From IMG/VR virus record IMGVR_UViG_3300030104_003374: 64,000 nucleotides of DNA; one strand, 5' to 3'. Positions within the stretch are counted from its first letter, which is position 1. Each line of letters begins with the position of its first letter. Position numbers and translations under genes: made by a program. The notes under the pieces were generated by a model, which saw only the letters and a list, made by a program, of their open reading frames with translations, did not search any database and was not told where the DNA came from. This document shows, one piece after another, positions 60,701 through 64,000 of the stretch. Origin of the DNA: an uncultured virus (IMG/VR IMGVR_UViG_3300030104_003374). Taxonomy: Duplodnaviria; Heunggongvirae; Uroviricota; Caudoviricetes.

Positions 60701-63700
60701 AACAGATAATGCTAAGTTTGATGCACTAAATGATTTTGATTCTAATAAGATTGTTAATATAATTGATAGTGTTATTTCTGATATATCAAATGAAATAAAC
60801 TATGATAGACTTACTACTAATTCTGCTAATCCTAAAGCTGGAACTTTAGGTGTTATTTTAAATAAATCTGCCCGTAAAGAAACATATGATATTGTATTAG
60901 AAAGATTTGAAAATAAGTTAAAAGATTATTATAAAGAGTTAGATAAGATATCTAAGATGCCTTCATTTAATGATATTAAAACTCTTAGTGATATTAAAAA
61001 AAATGCAGCTGGTGTACTTAAAGGAGCTGAAGGAGTTAATGATAAATATATTTTTACTAGAGCTCAGGTTAATTCATTTGAAAATCTAAATGCTGATATA
61101 GAAAAAGGGGAAAGAATATTAGGTTCAAATTTTAGAGGGGTAGATATTATTAGTGATTACTATACACATACTGATGCTAAAATAAAAAATAGACCTGTTG
61201 AAATAATTGTAGTTAATAAAATAGAAGATGCTGAAAGACAGTTATACAATTATAAAAGAGTAGGAGATGAAAGTTATGTAGGAGTTACGGATATAAAACC
61301 TGTACCTACTACACAGCTTACGTCTGAACAATCTAAAATTTTAGATAACATTAGAATGTTTCAAGCAGCTATAGCTAACTGGGGTGATGAAAACTCTGGT
61401 GTTATAAAGTATCATAGAAACAAAAGTAGATACTCTATGATTAATAAGGCTTATGATCTTACTAACACTGCTTTAATAGAAGAACAACAAGAGATAGATG
61501 AGATACTTAATCCAGAAGAAAAAGATTCTAGTATTGTTCCTGATAAGAGTATAGGTAAAAAATCTTTACTACAGTTAGCTGAGAAAGAAGCTTCATATAT
61601 TATAGGAAGTTTACATAAAGTAGATATTAATGGTAATGCTGTATTTAATGAGCAAGGTTTTAGAGAACTTGCAGACTTTAATGAAAGCTTTAATGTAATA
61701 GCTAACCTTATACAAGGTGTTAAAGATCCGGCAAAAGCTTATAATATATTAAAAGAAGCATCAAAAGATTTTCCTGTATTAAAAGAACTTATACAATTAA
61801 AGTTAACTGATCCTTCATTACCAATTAATCATGAGTATGACTTTGATATAGTTAGTGCATTCTTTCATACATTTAAAAAACCAAAGATTGATTATTTACA
61901 ATTAACTGCGTTTGAAGAGGATGGTAAATATAACCTAGCAGTTACTCAATCTGATTTAGATGTAGACGGTATATTAAGAGAATATAGAGAAGGATTTAAT
62001 GCTCAACCTGAAGGTAAATATGTTAGTAAAACAATTGATAATCAATCAGTTCTTAAACTACAAGATGTTGTAAAAGATTTTACAGATTCTAAAGGAAGAC
62101 TTAAGAAAGATAAAAGTGTTGAATTTTTAAATGCTTTAGGTATTGATGTAGATAACATTAAAAGAATAAGAGAAGCATTTGATAAAGATGCTGTTCAATT
62201 CTATGGATTAAATTATATTCATGCTATTACAAAAGGATTTGCAGAGATTCAACAAGCAGATCCTAATGATCCATCTGTTTCTGTTTTACAAAAACAATAT
62301 GCAGAAGAGTTTGTAAAGAGTCCTGCAAAAGTTTTAGCTAAAAAGATTCCTGCTAAAATAATTACTAATCCTCTATTTAAAGGTAAACCTATAAATCAGT
62401 ATACTCAAGTAAAACGTATTGCAAACTTGCAAGCAAAGTATGGAGCTATTACTAAAAATACTGGTATACTAGATGCAAAAGGAAACTTAATATTTAATGT
62501 TATTCAAGATAGTTCTGCTACTTATTTAGTAGATGATGTTAACTCAATGGATAATCTATCTAATGCTTGGTTAAACAGACAAAAAAGTAATACTCCAAAT
62601 GAATTTGCTTATTTAAGTAAATTTAATCCAGAGAAAAATACTTTTACAAAAGAATCTATTTTATTAAATAGCGTATTCCGTATTAAAGATGGAGGTAATT
62701 ATAATAAAAGAAAAGATGATATAGTATTAGATCTGTTTGCTACTTCAGGTGTAAATGTATCTGACAGTGCTAAAGCAAGTAATAATACTACTAGTCTATA
62801 TAGGAATGATAAATTTTCACAAGAGTTTCATACATTTCTTTTAGACGGTGTAAAAGAATTTATAAGACATGGTGAAAAGAAATCTGCATTTGGATTAAGA
62901 GTTTTAGATTCAGGTTCAAATACAGGAAGTATAGTAAGACCTCAAAGACCGGATGGTAAAGAGTATGATAAAAGTTTATATGTTGATGTAGACATGTTTA
63001 CTCCAGAAGGAGGAGGTTCTGATTATGCAATAAACAATATGATACTTCCTTATTTACGTTCTGAGTTTACTAGAATAAAAAGATTTGGTGAGAACAGAGC
63101 TGCTTATTCACAGCTTACTAGTTATAATAAAGAATTATTTAATGGAAGAAAAGCAGGAGAATCATTTACTATGTTTGACGGAATGCTTAGAGATACCACT
63201 AAGAATGAGTTATATGCATTACCTATATCTTCTTCAGTTGATGTCATTGATTACTTAACTAACAATAAACCTGAACTAAAAGAAAAAGTAGTAAAAGAAA
63301 TAAAAGAGTACTTTGAAGAAGAAGTAAGTAAGACAAAAGAGTATGCTTTTGATAATAGTAATTATGTAGATGATGCACTAATAAAGAAATTAAATTTACC
63401 TGAGTTAGTTACTGAAGGAAAGACAGAGAATGAAATTGAACTTTTAAAAGCAGAGAGAAAAACTTTAGAAGTTAATTCACTTTTAAAGGCATATGAGTAT
63501 AATTCTTTTATTCACAATTTTGAAACAATAAATCTTATATACGGAGATCCTTTACAGTTTAACTATGTAAAAGAAGATATCACTAAACGTATTGGTGCTT
63601 CTGTAGGTGGTGGTAATAATATGATATTAGCACAAAACGCAATTAATTGGATTAATAAACAATGGGTAGGTAATAGAGATACTTATGCTTCTATAAATAA

Positions 63701-64000
63701 AAAGCCTGAATTAACTTATGGTCAAACATTCAATACAGATGTTATAGAAGATTCTATAAAAGATAGTCTTTATTTACCTATTATAGAAAAAGCAGCTAAA
63801 GAAAAGTTTGCAAAAGAGTTTCCAAAAGGAACTAAAAAAGAATTAGATGCTTTTGTTAAATCTATTACAGATGGTTATAAAGATATGGAAGAATCAGATG
63901 GTGGAGGTTATATATCATTTGATGCTTATAGAATGTTTAAGAAAGCTTCAAACAAGTGGAGTGAAAATCAAGAAGACTTATATCAAAAACTAATAAAAGG
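57720..64000 (+). CDS. giant virion RNA polymerase polyprotein with zincin domain (3' truncated, not in ORF track)
   Basis: ATG 57720, open wherever translated; in-frame HEAWH (60276-60290) plus EEALAEDF (60390); YGDP..KR and SDGGGYISFDAYR (63894) resembling the two-barrel RNAP DG motif. Confidence 0.72.
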   Translation, partial: MKLACAPSVKRIKSLIQYIQKGIDEKGKDINLNRTMQFIFDGRKAAQDKANENLPDSQKLDSTIVAAELVKHVPFIAVNDLMRRNIQTNKIQDFYNAHILFNNPETGLENIIKQFTIDVNRAQAAVQTSNKAANTESQNSTDQANEKVDVTPPVRLKTFSPLTGTITPFVKINPNNNQVTIEKEDKNKTTIINTLNALSLENQKGNGLYDFIYQGTRLKLKAVNLNKFNNQKDFVADKKYLDELDSTTRQEVLRSRKLVGSKKNVEGVLQENDRAILVVTDQYGYPIRFSEEGNISRDGTGQIVYQFLRSVKNGKVTDIYGREEQIADPLIVSESLGITFEEAKKRIDEEISVLEKLNERVVKNKEDVILDITGLTEGVSSTLSGKKIKINSLEVLPGMTEAKAKGIVKSIEISPNDAIGIKSGFPFVMINGNPYAVDRPTIEKELATEIAEVLTKDIPTSERVDFIDQFLPIASANEYAKGRRSYKLNASDNGSLYFELRNGQVINLSPNKLSDITQQDKDTIVEALTTGWENRGVGSPMNYNKKLLSENSYDRYDIKTGKFKRDQDYIEFLGSQNADITLSDLDAGFYNQLIQFGNPDSQISKDVNKANQKRDTRSTRKRTKDNLVEFFQNNEDTKTIPVKVSSLTQAMARQDQRMALENPLTGPMLSTVVRDVNTLVGVETGDTVELKIVTEEDPDFYPDTIGVYFKGNKIAVIAETDFDNAAEKEAYLKNQKEEEKIITKNLNNEYISNTLLSKTSSSNTNAANTFKSGKHFRRGYSLSKVTQQQINDAKKWWANSPLNKYIELDPLINAVNSDQFASFVINAAALVDPNAPLAKVGITAKGTEVDLYHEAWHGFTQLYLTQKQKDELYAEVKKLPKYKNKSSFEIEEALAEDFRNYAKNPKIKKGRPKRNTIFRKILNFINKLLNKLPGIKINNTDANIDVLSIPSVKELYDNLYLASSDPKYAEQIMNNYTPLVQNTYWYELNRGIRRTDNAKFDALNDFDSNKIVNIIDSVISDISNEINYDRLTTNSANPKAGTLGVILNKSARKETYDIVLERFENKLKDYYKELDKISKMPSFNDIKTLSDIKKNAAGVLKGAEGVNDKYIFTRAQVNSFENLNADIEKGERILGSNFRGVDIISDYYTHTDAKIKNRPVEIIVVNKIEDAERQLYNYKRVGDESYVGVTDIKPVPTTQLTSEQSKILDNIRMFQAAIANWGDENSGVIKYHRNKSRYSMINKAYDLTNTALIEEQQEIDEILNPEEKDSSIVPDKSIGKKSLLQLAEKEASYIIGSLHKVDINGNAVFNEQGFRELADFNESFNVIANLIQGVKDPAKAYNILKEASKDFPVLKELIQLKLTDPSLPINHEYDFDIVSAFFHTFKKPKIDYLQLTAFEEDGKYNLAVTQSDLDVDGILREYREGFNAQPEGKYVSKTIDNQSVLKLQDVVKDFTDSKGRLKKDKSVEFLNALGIDVDNIKRIREAFDKDAVQFYGLNYIHAITKGFAEIQQADPNDPSVSVLQKQYAEEFVKSPAKVLAKKIPAKIITNPLFKGKPINQYTQVKRIANLQAKYGAITKNTGILDAKGNLIFNVIQDSSATYLVDDVNSMDNLSNAWLNRQKSNTPNEFAYLSKFNPEKNTFTKESILLNSVFRIKDGGNYNKRKDDIVLDLFATSGVNVSDSAKASNNTTSLYRNDKFSQEFHTFLLDGVKEFIRHGEKKSAFGLRVLDSGSNTGSIVRPQRPDGKEYDKSLYVDVDMFTPEGGGSDYAINNMILPYLRSEFTRIKRFGENRAAYSQLTSYNKELFNGRKAGESFTMFDGMLRDTTKNELYALPISSSVDVIDYLTNNKPELKEKVVKEIKEYFEEEVSKTKEYAFDNSNYVDDALIKKLNLPELVTEGKTENEIELLKAERKTLEVNSLLKAYEYNSFIHNFETINLIYGDPLQFNYVKEDITKRIGASVGGGNNMILAQNAINWINKQWVGNRDTYASINKKPELTYGQTFNTDVIEDSIKDSLYLPIIEKAAKEKFAKEFPKGTKKELDAFVKSITDGYKDMEESDGGGYISFDAYRMFKKASNKWSENQEDLYQKLIK

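Larger units (their letters stand above)
1..64000 (+). mobile_element. crAss-like (Crassvirales-type) bacteriophage genome segment, virion morphogenesis/late module
   Basis: TerL-portal-scaffold-MCP order, two IHF-like genes, ring and muzzle proteins, giant cargo proteins and a virion RNAP-like ORF; all genes co-oriented; no host housekeeping genes. Confidence 0.9.

Noticed and set aside
233..64000. Stop-codon reassignment (TAG/TGA) as in some crAss-like phages
   Set aside because: Long genes are intact in code 11, and TAG/TGA end genes at sensible boundaries (9052, 9213, 18239, ATGA overlaps)
1..64000. tRNA or rRNA genes
   Set aside because: Intergenic gaps are short and show no cloverleaf or T-loop signature

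Overview
AT-rich phage DNA: the virion-morphogenesis half of a crAss-like (Crassvirales-type) podophage, most likely infecting a Bacteroidota host (TAnnTTTG promoters, essentially no Shine-Dalgarno sites). About 51 tightly packed genes lie on the + strand and read through in the standard code. Order: small basic proteins, membrane and fibre/BspA-repeat proteins; lysis cassette (holin, putative unimolecular spanin, amidase endolysin); wHTH/IHF-like regulators and a PD-(D/E)XK nuclease; terminase, portal, scaffold, major capsid; five tiny Lys/Arg-rich proteins; a very Cys-rich ring/hub/fibre block; muzzle (tail stabilisation) protein; giant ejected cargo proteins, ending in a truncated >2090-aa zincin-fused virion RNA polymerase missing from the ORF track. 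Most interesting non-obvious signals: (1) terminator-linked small-RNA candidates complementary to translation-initiation regions, best a hairpin at 31020-31045 whose loop matches the AACCAACAAA leaders of scaffold and other structural genes; (2) a phage-specific promoter motif TTTWGTATATTA plus a 17-bp palindrome; (3) a recurring x-x-x-GG peptide motif shared by basic and cargo proteins; (4) a Cys-rich exterior versus Cys-free ejected proteome. Functional calls rest on motif recognition and synteny, not database searches.
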